Source: Ignicoccus hospitalis KIN4/I (GTDB lineage: Archaea; Thermoproteota; Thermoprotei_A; Sulfolobales; Ignicoccaceae). Taken from it: a stretch of 32,000 nucleotides of DNA. The stretch lies in the NCBI RefSeq assembly GCF_000017945.1, contig NC_009776.1:450001-482000 (forward strand), in the 5' to 3' direction. The position numbers and the translations under genes were made by a program. Every line of letters starts with the position of its first letter. Positions within the stretch are counted from its first letter, which is position 1. The notes beneath the pieces are model-generated. The model ran no database searches, was not told the origin of the DNA, and was given only the letters and a program-made list of their open reading frames with translations. Positions 23,085 to 30,665 of this stretch are shown here, piece after piece.

Positions 23085-23735
23085 TTACTTCTTAACATAT
23101 GCTATAATGGAAAGAAACGCGGCTACGCCCATCAAGAAGAAGAGCGAATTGAGGACCGCGTCTTGTGGGTAGGGCTCAGGCCTGTCGCTTGGAGGGGGCA
23201 TTATGTTGGAGGGAGGCTTAATGGGGTCGTGGGGGTCGTGGCAGAACACACAAGACTTCCCCGGCACGGTCTTCAAGTTGGTGTACTTAGGGCACTCGTG
23301 GTACCAGTACGGGGAGCCCTTGTAACCGTAGACGAAGTGGGAGGAGCCTCCCTCACATACGAAGGTGCTGTTGGCGTGGGCCCCGACCAAGTAGTCCGCG
23401 TAGACCCTCGGGTGGCACTGTGCACACAAGGTGTCGTACTGGTGCATCTGCTCCGGGGAGGCGAGCTCCTTGGGTACTACAGTAGCCCCGTTGACGAGCT
23501 TAATGGGGTCTTGGGGGTCGTGGCAGTTGGAACAGTAGAGGCCAGAGTGGGCGCCGTGCAACAAGTTGATCTTGTGGAACTCCACCGCCTTAACGTTGCC
23601 GTCCAGCTTCAGCCAAGGCGTGTGGCAGTAGGTACACGGGTAGGCCGGAGTGTAAGCTAAGGCTACGGCGGCGAGTAACGGTAGGAAAGCGGCGAGCCTC
23701 TTCATGACCTCACTACCCAACCTTTGGGGCGCCAT
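23085..23735 (-). CDS. tetrahaem c-type cytochrome with signal peptide and C-terminal membrane anchor
   Basis: Four CxxCH motifs (CTYCH, CSNCH, CAQCH, CVFCH). Signal peptide MKRLAAFLPLLAAVALA (likely true start ATG 23705). C-terminal helix LNSLFFLMGVAAFLSIIAYVKK. Confidence 0.85.
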   Translation of the reverse strand: MAPQRLGSEVMKRLAAFLPLLAAVALAYTPAYPCTYCHTPWLKLDGNVKAVEFHKINLLHGAHSGLYCSNCHDPQDPIKLVNGATVVPKELASPEQMHQYDTLCAQCHPRVYADYLVGAHANSTFVCEGGSSHFVYGYKGSPYWYHECPKYTNLKTVPGKSCVFCHDPHDPIKPPSNIMPPPSDRPEPYPQDAVLNSLFFLMGVAAFLSIIAYVKK

Positions 23736-23740
23736 TCTCC

Positions 23741-23754
23741 CTTTTTATTGAAAC
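23741..23754 (-). promoter_or_regulatory. candidate TATA element for the cytochrome operon
   Basis: The minus strand reads GTTTCAATAAAAAG, centred about 42 nt upstream of ATG 23705. This is the same spacing as at 7006-7017 relative to 6969, and it favours the shorter start. Confidence 0.3.
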
Positions 23755-23841
23755 TTGGCCGGACCGGCCGCAAAGCGGTTTTCCCCTCGTCCCCTCCTCA
23801 AAAGGGGACCACATGCTTTGGGCGGAAACACAATAGGTAAG

Positions 23842-24960
23842 ATGTTCAGCGTAACTACTTGGGGGGAGAGCCACGGCAAGGCGATAGGCGCGGTGATAGA
23901 CGGCTGCCCGGCCGGCTTGCCCCTCAGCGAGGAGGACCTCTTGGTCGAGCTCTCGCTCCGCAGGCCGGGGAGGAGGTTCACCACCCCGAGGAGGGAGCCG
24001 GACGTCCCAGAGATACTGAGCGGGGTGTTCAACGGAAAGACCACCGGCATGCCTATTTCAATAATAATAAGAAATAGGGACGTTATCTCGAGCTACTACG
24101 AGAAGATCAAGGAAACTCCCAGGCCAGGTCACGCGGACTTAGCGTACATAAAGAAGTACGGCTACGAGCACTGGGACTACAGGGGAGGCGGGAGGGCCTC
24201 TGGGAGGGAGACCGCTGCTAGAGTGGCGGCGGGGGCGGTGGCCAAGAAGCTGCTCGGCTGCTTAGGAGTGGTGGTCTCCGGCTACGTGGTGGAGCTGGGC
24301 GGGGTAGAGTTCCCGTCAGCCGAGGACGCGGAGGAGTCCTTGAGGTCCCGCCTCTCGCCCTTCCGGGTCTTGTGTTGTGAGGAGAAGGCCGAGGAGGTCT
24401 TGAAAGAGGCGCTCGAGAGGAGGGACAGCGTGGGCGGGGTGGTGGAAGCGGTCGCGTGGAACGCGCCGGCGGGCTTGGGCGAGCCGGTGTTCGACAAGCT
24501 CAAGGCGGACCTCGCGAAGGCCATGATGAGCATACCCGCCAGCGTGGGCTTCGAGGTAGGTTGGGGCTTCAAGCTGGCCCGGCTCAGGGGGAGCGAGGCG
24601 AGGGACAAGATAGTGAGCTCGGCCGGCGAGGCGACTGTGGAGGGGGACAAGGCCGGCGGAATGCTGGGCGGAATAAGCGTCGGGGCGCCGATAAGGATTA
24701 GGGTCGCGTTCAAGCCCACGAGCTCCATAATGATCCCGGAAAAGACGGTGAACATACACACGCTGGAGGAGACTGAGGTGGAGGTGCCCGGGAGGCACGA
24801 CCCGGCCATAGTTCTGAGGGCCGTTTCGGTGGTCGAGTCGATGTTCGCCATAGTCTTGGTGGATCACGCGATCAGGGCCGGCCTCTTGAACCCGGTGAGG
24901 GTCGAGTGGGGCCCCCACTGCCAGAGGGTCTGGGAGCTCTACGCGGATAGGGTGCCCTAG
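23842..24960 (+). CDS. aroC: chorismate synthase
   Basis: MFSVTTWGESHGKAIGAVIDGCPAGL, RRPGR, RPGHADL, GGGRASGRETA and GGISVG are classic AroC signatures. The longer track ORF from 23755 adds a non-conserved basic extension. Confidence 0.9.
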   Translation: MFSVTTWGESHGKAIGAVIDGCPAGLPLSEEDLLVELSLRRPGRRFTTPRREPDVPEILSGVFNGKTTGMPISIIIRNRDVISSYYEKIKETPRPGHADLAYIKKYGYEHWDYRGGGRASGRETAARVAAGAVAKKLLGCLGVVVSGYVVELGGVEFPSAEDAEESLRSRLSPFRVLCCEEKAEEVLKEALERRDSVGGVVEAVAWNAPAGLGEPVFDKLKADLAKAMMSIPASVGFEVGWGFKLARLRGSEARDKIVSSAGEATVEGDKAGGMLGGISVGAPIRIRVAFKPTSSIMIPEKTVNIHTLEETEVEVPGRHDPAIVLRAVSVVESMFAIVLVDHAIRAGLLNPVRVEWGPHCQRVWELYADRVP

Positions 24961-26018
24961 CGCTGCCAACACACGCCCTTTACCCTCATAACGAATGGCT
25001 TGTTCAGCTCACCCGATATTTCCACCTCGAGCTCCGGGAGGAACTTCTTAACCACGTGCACGTGGGTCCAAGCGTGCATGGTAAGGGCCGCGCCTCCCAC
25101 CTCGGTCCTTCCGCAAGCTAAGGAGACGTAAGGAACTATCATGTCGCTCATGTGCCTGTCCAAAGCCTTGCCCGTGCTCAAGTCCTCCAAGAGCTTCCGC
25201 GCCGCCTCCTCGCCCACCCTCTCGGCCCTCTTCCCCCTAGCTCCCAACGAGTCCGCGCCCAACAAGCTCCTCTCCGTTATGGCCCAAAGCACTATCCCGC
25301 TCCCGGGCCCCAAGTGGGGGTCCCTCTCCGGAGGGTACCACTCCAAGTCGATGTCTACGTTCTTTAGGCCGCTCTTCTTGAGGACCTCTTCGGCGGCCTT
25401 CGCTTGCCTCTCCGCGACGTGCTTAGGGAGCTTGACGCAGTGAGAGAGCCCGCGGACCTTCAGCACCTCGCCCCGCTCCACCTCCCCCCACTGGGTCAGT
25501 GAGTCCACAGGGCGGGAGGCGAACTCGACCTCTCCCCCTCCCTTGGGGTAGTGGCCTCGCCGCTTGAGGACCAACTCCGTCTTGGCGCCGAACCTCTCCA
25601 GGAGGGGATAGAAGACGAACCTCAAGTAGTCCACCGGAGGGCTCATCGGCACGTCCGTACCCCCTCTCAGCTGAACCCTGACCTCTCCGGGGGCGAAGAG
25701 AGCCGCGGGAGTTACTGCTTGCAAGACCAAGCTGACGCTGCCCGCGGTGCCTATGTCGAACCTAAACGTCCCGGCCTTCAAAGTCTTCGGTATGAACACT
25801 ATTTCGGTGGAGCCCAGCTCCAAGCCGCGGACCTCCGCGTCGGTCATCTCGGCCAAGGCCTTGACGGCCACCATGTGTTGCCTCCTCAAGCCCGGGTTCT
25901 TCCTCTTAGCCCTGATGTTGAATATTCTAACCGGTTTCAAAGTCACGGCAGAGAGTGCCACGGAGGTCCTAAGTATTTGGCCACCTCCCTCGCCGAAGGA
26001 GCCGTCTATCTCGATCAT
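24957..26018 (-). CDS. rtcA: RNA 3'-terminal phosphate cyclase
   Basis: MIEIDGSFGEGGGQILRTSVALS N-terminus and GHYPKGGGEV are typical RtcA. Candidate adenylylated His in the C-terminal ALTMHAWTHVHV region. 353 aa. Confidence 0.9.
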   Translation of the reverse strand: MIEIDGSFGEGGGQILRTSVALSAVTLKPVRIFNIRAKRKNPGLRRQHMVAVKALAEMTDAEVRGLELGSTEIVFIPKTLKAGTFRFDIGTAGSVSLVLQAVTPAALFAPGEVRVQLRGGTDVPMSPPVDYLRFVFYPLLERFGAKTELVLKRRGHYPKGGGEVEFASRPVDSLTQWGEVERGEVLKVRGLSHCVKLPKHVAERQAKAAEEVLKKSGLKNVDIDLEWYPPERDPHLGPGSGIVLWAITERSLLGADSLGARGKRAERVGEEAARKLLEDLSTGKALDRHMSDMIVPYVSLACGRTEVGGAALTMHAWTHVHVVKKFLPELEVEISGELNKPFVMRVKGVCWQR

Positions 26019-26047
26019 GTCGTCGCTCCTAAAAAGTCGTGTGAGGG

Positions 26048-26911
26048 TTAGGCTTTATCGCCGAGCCCCCTCTTTTGGGGGACCGCCGGGACGGGCAAGT
26101 ATTCCACGCCCGGCCTCTGGGGCTGGGCTTGCGGGTAGAGCTCCATGAGGGCCCAGACCTCCTCGGGCACCTCCTTCTTCACCGGTAACCCTAGCTTCAC
26201 CAAGTCCTCGTAGAACAAGGGGTGGTCGTGGGTGTACTTGCCGGTTACCAGCTCCTCCGCTATCTCCCTCGCCTTCTCCTCGCCGACCTTGTCCTTGAGT
26301 ATGTATGTTACGAACTCTAACATCTCGTTCAGCGCTTTCTTGGCAACGTCCGCGTGAACCAAGAAGTATTCATTAGCTTCCTTGCCCTTCTCCTCAGCTA
26401 CCTTGACCACGCTCGGCGAGGGCACGTGCATCGGGCCGGCCGGGGTGGCCACCGGCACTTGGGGGTCCAGCGGTCCTAAGGCGGCCGCGGGGCCCATCCA
26501 TATCTCGTCGGCCGCTAAGGCTATCAGCGTACCACCGCTCATGGCGTAGTGTGGCACCACTGCGACCTTCTTGGCGGGGTGGTCGTGGAGCGCCTTAGCT
26601 ATCTGGGATGCTGCCAGCACCATTCCGCCTGGCGTGTGGAGTATCATCATTATGGGTACGTCCTTGGGAGTGTTGTGGATAGCCCTGATGACCGCTTCGC
26701 TGTCCTCAACGTCTATGAAGCGGTAGAACGGTATGCCGAAGAAGCCCACCCTCTCTTGGCGGTGTATCAACGTGATGATACGGTAGCCGTACTTCTCTTC
26801 TATCCTCCTCAGAACGTTCATTCTAGCGTTCTTTATACGCTGGTATTCCAGAACTGGCTCTGTTATCATCGTCAACAAGAGTAGCCAAAACAACAGACCT
26901 ATAATGTCCAT
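26048..26911 (-). CDS. membrane-anchored Clp-fold serine protease (SDH / serine dehydrogenase proteinase family)
   Basis: N-terminal TM helix, then ITLIHRQE..., MILHTPGGMVLAASQIAKAL and VPHYAMSGGTLIALAADEIWMGPAAALGPLDPQ, matching the family pattern as I remember it. Confidence 0.75.
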   Translation of the reverse strand: MDIIGLLFWLLLLTMITEPVLEYQRIKNARMNVLRRIEEKYGYRIITLIHRQERVGFFGIPFYRFIDVEDSEAVIRAIHNTPKDVPIMMILHTPGGMVLAASQIAKALHDHPAKKVAVVPHYAMSGGTLIALAADEIWMGPAAALGPLDPQVPVATPAGPMHVPSPSVVKVAEEKGKEANEYFLVHADVAKKALNEMLEFVTYILKDKVGEEKAREIAEELVTGKYTHDHPLFYEDLVKLGLPVKKEVPEEVWALMELYPQAQPQRPGVEYLPVPAVPQKRGLGDKA

Positions 26912-26976
26912 GGTTTGAAGCCCTAAGAGAAAAACTCCTCGGAGGCTTTTGAAGCTGGGCGCGGGCTTTGGGGTGC

Positions 26977-27147
26977 GTGAAATTTAGGCACTTGGTCTTC
27001 GCGCTTTCAGTGTACTTGTTCTTGTCGACTCTCTTCAACTATACCTTGTTGGGGGCCTACTACGCCCTCACGAACTTCATCTTGGGGGCCTTCTTCTTGG
27101 TGACCTTCTCCATTTCTCTGTTCATTGTGGAGGAGTTGGGGTGGTGA
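26977..27147 (+). CDS. unlisted small two-TM membrane protein (56 aa)
   Basis: Hand translation: GTG-MKFRHLVFALSVYLFLSTLFNYTLLGAYYALTNFILGAFFLVTFSISLFIVEELGW-TGA. A basic N-terminus is followed by two hydrophobic helices. The stop overlaps the subtilase GTG start (GTGGTGA). GCTTTTGAAGC lies about 27 nt upstream. The ORF is below the 60-aa track cutoff. Confidence 0.4.
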   Translation: MKFRHLVFALSVYLFLSTLFNYTLLGAYYALTNFILGAFFLVTFSISLFIVEELGW

Positions 27148-28562
27148 GGGGTTTGCGAGCCTTAATAATATTATTACTCGTCGTCTCGTCAATGCTCGCG
27201 GACTCCGGGGACTGCGCCTTCGGGTGGTGGAAGGACCTCTTGCGGGCCCCTGACGCCCACTCGGAAGGGGTCACCGGAAAGGGCGTGGTGGCCTTAGTTA
27301 TAGACACCGGAGTCGACGCCGAGGTAATTAAATCTGTATTCAATAGGACTGTTGACCGGTACTTCAACGCGGCCTACGAGGCTCACAAGGACGAGTGCTT
27401 TAAGTACGTAGACTACAAGAACGTCACCATGTGCGTGTACGGCTTGACGGAGGTAGGGGGGAGGAGCGCTTACTTGGCCGCCCCCGTGAACGAAACCACC
27501 GACTTGGCCGGCCACGGGACCGCCGTCGCGGCCGCCCTGCTGTCGGTGGCCCCCGACGTAGACTTGCACGTTGCTAAGGTGGCTTGCTACGTCCTACTCC
27601 TCGACGAGAACGGCTCCGTGACTTACGCAATCCCATTCATAGACCCAGAAGCCTTGAAGCTCGCATTGGAAAGGGCAGTTAACGGGACGGACGTAGTGAA
27701 CTTGAGCTTGGGCTCGGTAACTCCCGTCACCGGCCCCTTGCCGGACGTCCCGACCGCCTTAGCCCTCAGGGGGCTGTGGGACGTTATCTACTCTAAGAGC
27801 TCAGAAACAGCCTTCGTGGCGGCTGCGGGCAACGAGGGCCTCAAGGTCCCCTCCTTCCCCGCGCTCTCGGAGCACGTCATAGGCGTCTCGGCCTTAGCTT
27901 ACAAGGACGGCGAGTTTGAGGTGGCGAGCTTCAGCGACGGGGGGCCCGGGGTAGACTTTTCCAGCGTAGGGGTCGGGCTCTACTTGCCGGTCCCCAAGTA
28001 CTCTTACATAGCCGAAGCGGTGAAGGACCCGTGCGCCGAGGAGGTCGGAAGGGCCCTGTTCTTGAGGCTGGACGGAACCTCTTTCGCCGCCCCGCTGGTC
28101 TCGGGTACCGCCGCGCTGTGGATCCAGAGGACGGGGGTCAAAGGGACCTCTGAGGTGAGAGAGGTGTTAAAACAGAACTCATTGCACCCCTTCGGCCCCG
28201 GGTGGTCGCCCGAGGCCGGCTGGGGGGTGCCGGTGGCCGTGCCGGTGGAGGGCCAAGGGCTCTCCTTGCCCGGAATACCCTTCGCCGGCTTGCCCGCGTT
28301 GCTCCTAGCGAAGCGCAAGAGGGGAGCTACGCTCTTGACAATTATGATGATAAGTTCATCGGCCTTCGCCGTGGAGCCGGAGAAGCTGGGCGAGGCCTTC
28401 GCGATCTCTTCCCTAGCCACTTGGACCGCGTACTACGTCGCGAACGGCCTCGGCCCGGTCGCCTCGCTCTGGATGGCCACCTTCAACACTTTGATCGTTA
28501 CTGCCTTGTTAGCAATATCTTGGAAGGTCGTGGAGCTCGTGTGCGCAACGATTAAGTGTTAG
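27141..28562 (+). CDS. subtilisin-like serine protease (S8) with hydrophobic C-terminal extension
   Basis: Catalytic triad contexts VALVIDTGVD (Asp), AGHGTAVAAA (His) and GTSFAAPLVSGTAALW (Ser). Oxyanion Asn in AAAGNEG. Signal peptide MVRGLRALIILLLVVSSMLA. The last roughly 110 aa contain several hydrophobic segments. Confidence 0.85.
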   Translation: MVRGLRALIILLLVVSSMLADSGDCAFGWWKDLLRAPDAHSEGVTGKGVVALVIDTGVDAEVIKSVFNRTVDRYFNAAYEAHKDECFKYVDYKNVTMCVYGLTEVGGRSAYLAAPVNETTDLAGHGTAVAAALLSVAPDVDLHVAKVACYVLLLDENGSVTYAIPFIDPEALKLALERAVNGTDVVNLSLGSVTPVTGPLPDVPTALALRGLWDVIYSKSSETAFVAAAGNEGLKVPSFPALSEHVIGVSALAYKDGEFEVASFSDGGPGVDFSSVGVGLYLPVPKYSYIAEAVKDPCAEEVGRALFLRLDGTSFAAPLVSGTAALWIQRTGVKGTSEVREVLKQNSLHPFGPGWSPEAGWGVPVAVPVEGQGLSLPGIPFAGLPALLLAKRKRGATLLTIMMISSSAFAVEPEKLGEAFAISSLATWTAYYVANGLGPVASLWMATFNTLIVTALLAISWKVVELVCATIKC

Positions 28563-28592
28563 CCCGGAGGCCCCAGAGGCGGGCAAGCTAGG

Positions 28593-30665
28593 TTGAAGGC
28601 CCTAAAGAAGCTGGCAGAAAAGCTCGAGGACCCGAGATCGGTGGCGAAGGCCACATTCGCCATAGCTATAGCCCTCGCGTCAGTGTCTTCACTACTCATT
28701 ATGCTAACCACCTCCATAAAGCCCATCAGAGTGGAGTGGAGTGGGGCAGTCCTCGTCTCCGGGTGCAGCTACGGCATCATGGCCACCCCCAGCCCCTACA
28801 ACCGCCCCACAGTAGTGTTCTTCACCCCCCACAAGACCTCCTCTGCGTGGTTGATGTCCTTCAACGACGTGGTCAGCTACTTCAACGGCACTCCCATCTC
28901 CCACTTGGGCTACCCGAAGATCAGAGTTGCTAACGATTCCAAAATAATAATTGACTATACAAAGTTCAAGAAGGTGACATACGTTTACAAGGACACAGTG
29001 TACGTAGAGTTGCTGAACTTCACCGAAGGAGTCTTGGGCCTTTCGGTGCCCGCGCTCGAGGGCGTGGCGGAGGGCAACGGTTCAGTGAGGCTCTTGGGCG
29101 TTAAAGGCCCCTTCATGATGAAGTTCGATGTCGTTATGAAGTTTACGGGCTGTAAGCCGGAGGTGTTGCGCTCGACGCCGTTCAAGGACATCATGGGAAG
29201 CAAGTACTTGGTACAGGTGTCGCTTAGATGCAACGAAAGCTCGAAGCTAGAGGTAATCGCGGAAAACGTCGAAGACCCTCTGGTGGGAAAGTTGATTCTA
29301 TTAATGATAAACTATTGGACCTACTCCTTACCTCTGATCGTAGTTTTGATAGGGGTGGTACTGTGGTACAAGTGGCTGTCTAAGAACTTGGAAGACTTCA
29401 AGGGGGTATTAGTCTTTATAAGCATCCTGATCTTGCTGTCCGGGCTCAGCGGCCACCACTGGGACTTATTAATGGCCTTGAAGTTCGGCGAGATGGTCGT
29501 CAGCGGGAAGGACCTATACCAGTGGACTTATAACAACACCCTCTTGATGAGGGATCGTCTCCCTAACCCTCAGATATTCTATCCGGGTTACGCGTACTTG
29601 CCCCAGCTGGCGCCCTTCTTCGTCCCCATCTACTTAGCCTACGAGTCTATCTTCGACAAGCCCTACTACTACCAATTGGTTCCGGGAACCGTTGATCTGG
29701 CCGAAGTCCGGGCGCTACTCTTCGGCGCTCTCACCTTTATCTATTACGTCCTAGTCCACGGGTATTTCATGCTGTTTTACTTGATTGGAGCATTCTTGAT
29801 TTACAAGTTCTACGGTAAGGACAGATTCTTATTGAGCGTATACTCATTCCTTCCCATAGTAATCATAGTGGAGTGGGGGATGTTCGAGGCATTCTTAATT
29901 CCCTTCTTAGTGGCGTCGCTTATCTTGTTGAGGGAGGAAGGTAACGTTCACCAACTCCTCTCGGGCCTCGCTTGGGGGATGGTCTCCTCCAAGATTTACG
30001 CCGCGCTGGCCGCACCGGCCTTGATTCTCAATTCTAGGAGGAAGGTCCTTTGGCTGTTAGGCTTCATAATAGCGATTTCGCCCTCCCTGTACTTCTTACT
30101 GACCGAGCCAAAAACCTTCTTATCGTGTACCTTGCTCTTCCACACGAACAGGAACATGGGGGACGTTAACTATTACCCCAGCTTCATGGGGAACCCCGTC
30201 GACTTGTTGTGGTGGGGCAAGGTCGGCAGCGCGGCGGAGGTGGTGCTGACCCTCCTGACGTATTACTTGGTGTGGAAGCTCAGACCGTCTCCGGAGGTCG
30301 CTGCGGCAACAGTACTAGTCCCCTACTTGCTCTTCAACCGCCTGGTCTCACCGCAGCACTACTTGACTTTTGCGACTTTAGTGTTGCTCTCCGGGGACAA
30401 GAGGACTTACGGCCTCTTGAGCTTGTTAATATTGCTCCACGTGAACTTAGTGAGGCCCACCGCCTTCTACTTGGCCTACCACTGGCTGAGCGCTGAGGTC
30501 GCCTTGAGCTACTTCTCCTACGACCCTACCGGCGTGTTGAACCTAATAGTTACCAGCGTAACCCCCTCAGTGATATGGCCGTTCCTCTTCCCCACCTTGG
30601 CGGGGGTCCTAACGCTCTATTACTACAAGTCGTTGAGCCTTAGGGGTAGTAAGTGGAGGTCGTAG
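28593..30665 (+). CDS. large polytopic membrane protein, possibly a GT-C-fold (DUF2029-like) glycosyltransferase
   Basis: An N-terminal anchor and a roughly 190-aa extracytoplasmic domain are followed by about 12 or more TM helices. The first loop HHWDLLMALKFGEMVVSGKDLYQW...FYPGYAYLP resembles the D...G..lY...YPP pattern of GT-C mannosyltransferase-like proteins. Coding is secure, function tentative. Confidence 0.55.
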   Translation: MKALKKLAEKLEDPRSVAKATFAIAIALASVSSLLIMLTTSIKPIRVEWSGAVLVSGCSYGIMATPSPYNRPTVVFFTPHKTSSAWLMSFNDVVSYFNGTPISHLGYPKIRVANDSKIIIDYTKFKKVTYVYKDTVYVELLNFTEGVLGLSVPALEGVAEGNGSVRLLGVKGPFMMKFDVVMKFTGCKPEVLRSTPFKDIMGSKYLVQVSLRCNESSKLEVIAENVEDPLVGKLILLMINYWTYSLPLIVVLIGVVLWYKWLSKNLEDFKGVLVFISILILLSGLSGHHWDLLMALKFGEMVVSGKDLYQWTYNNTLLMRDRLPNPQIFYPGYAYLPQLAPFFVPIYLAYESIFDKPYYYQLVPGTVDLAEVRALLFGALTFIYYVLVHGYFMLFYLIGAFLIYKFYGKDRFLLSVYSFLPIVIIVEWGMFEAFLIPFLVASLILLREEGNVHQLLSGLAWGMVSSKIYAALAAPALILNSRRKVLWLLGFIIAISPSLYFLLTEPKTFLSCTLLFHTNRNMGDVNYYPSFMGNPVDLLWWGKVGSAAEVVLTLLTYYLVWKLRPSPEVAAATVLVPYLLFNRLVSPQHYLTFATLVLLSGDKRTYGLLSLLILLHVNLVRPTAFYLAYHWLSAEVALSYFSYDPTGVLNLIVTSVTPSVIWPFLFPTLAGVLTLYYYKSLSLRGSKWRS

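Noticed and set aside
23755-23841. N-terminal extension of chorismate synthase from the TTG at 23755
   Set aside because: AroC proteins begin essentially at the MF..TWGESHG motif. The extension is basic and P/R/G-rich, and it would leave no promoter space between aroC and the divergent cytochrome gene.
24282-24972. 189-aa and 218-aa minus-strand ORFs within aroC
   Set aside because: The aroC motifs are unambiguous on the plus strand. The alternates are shadow frames.
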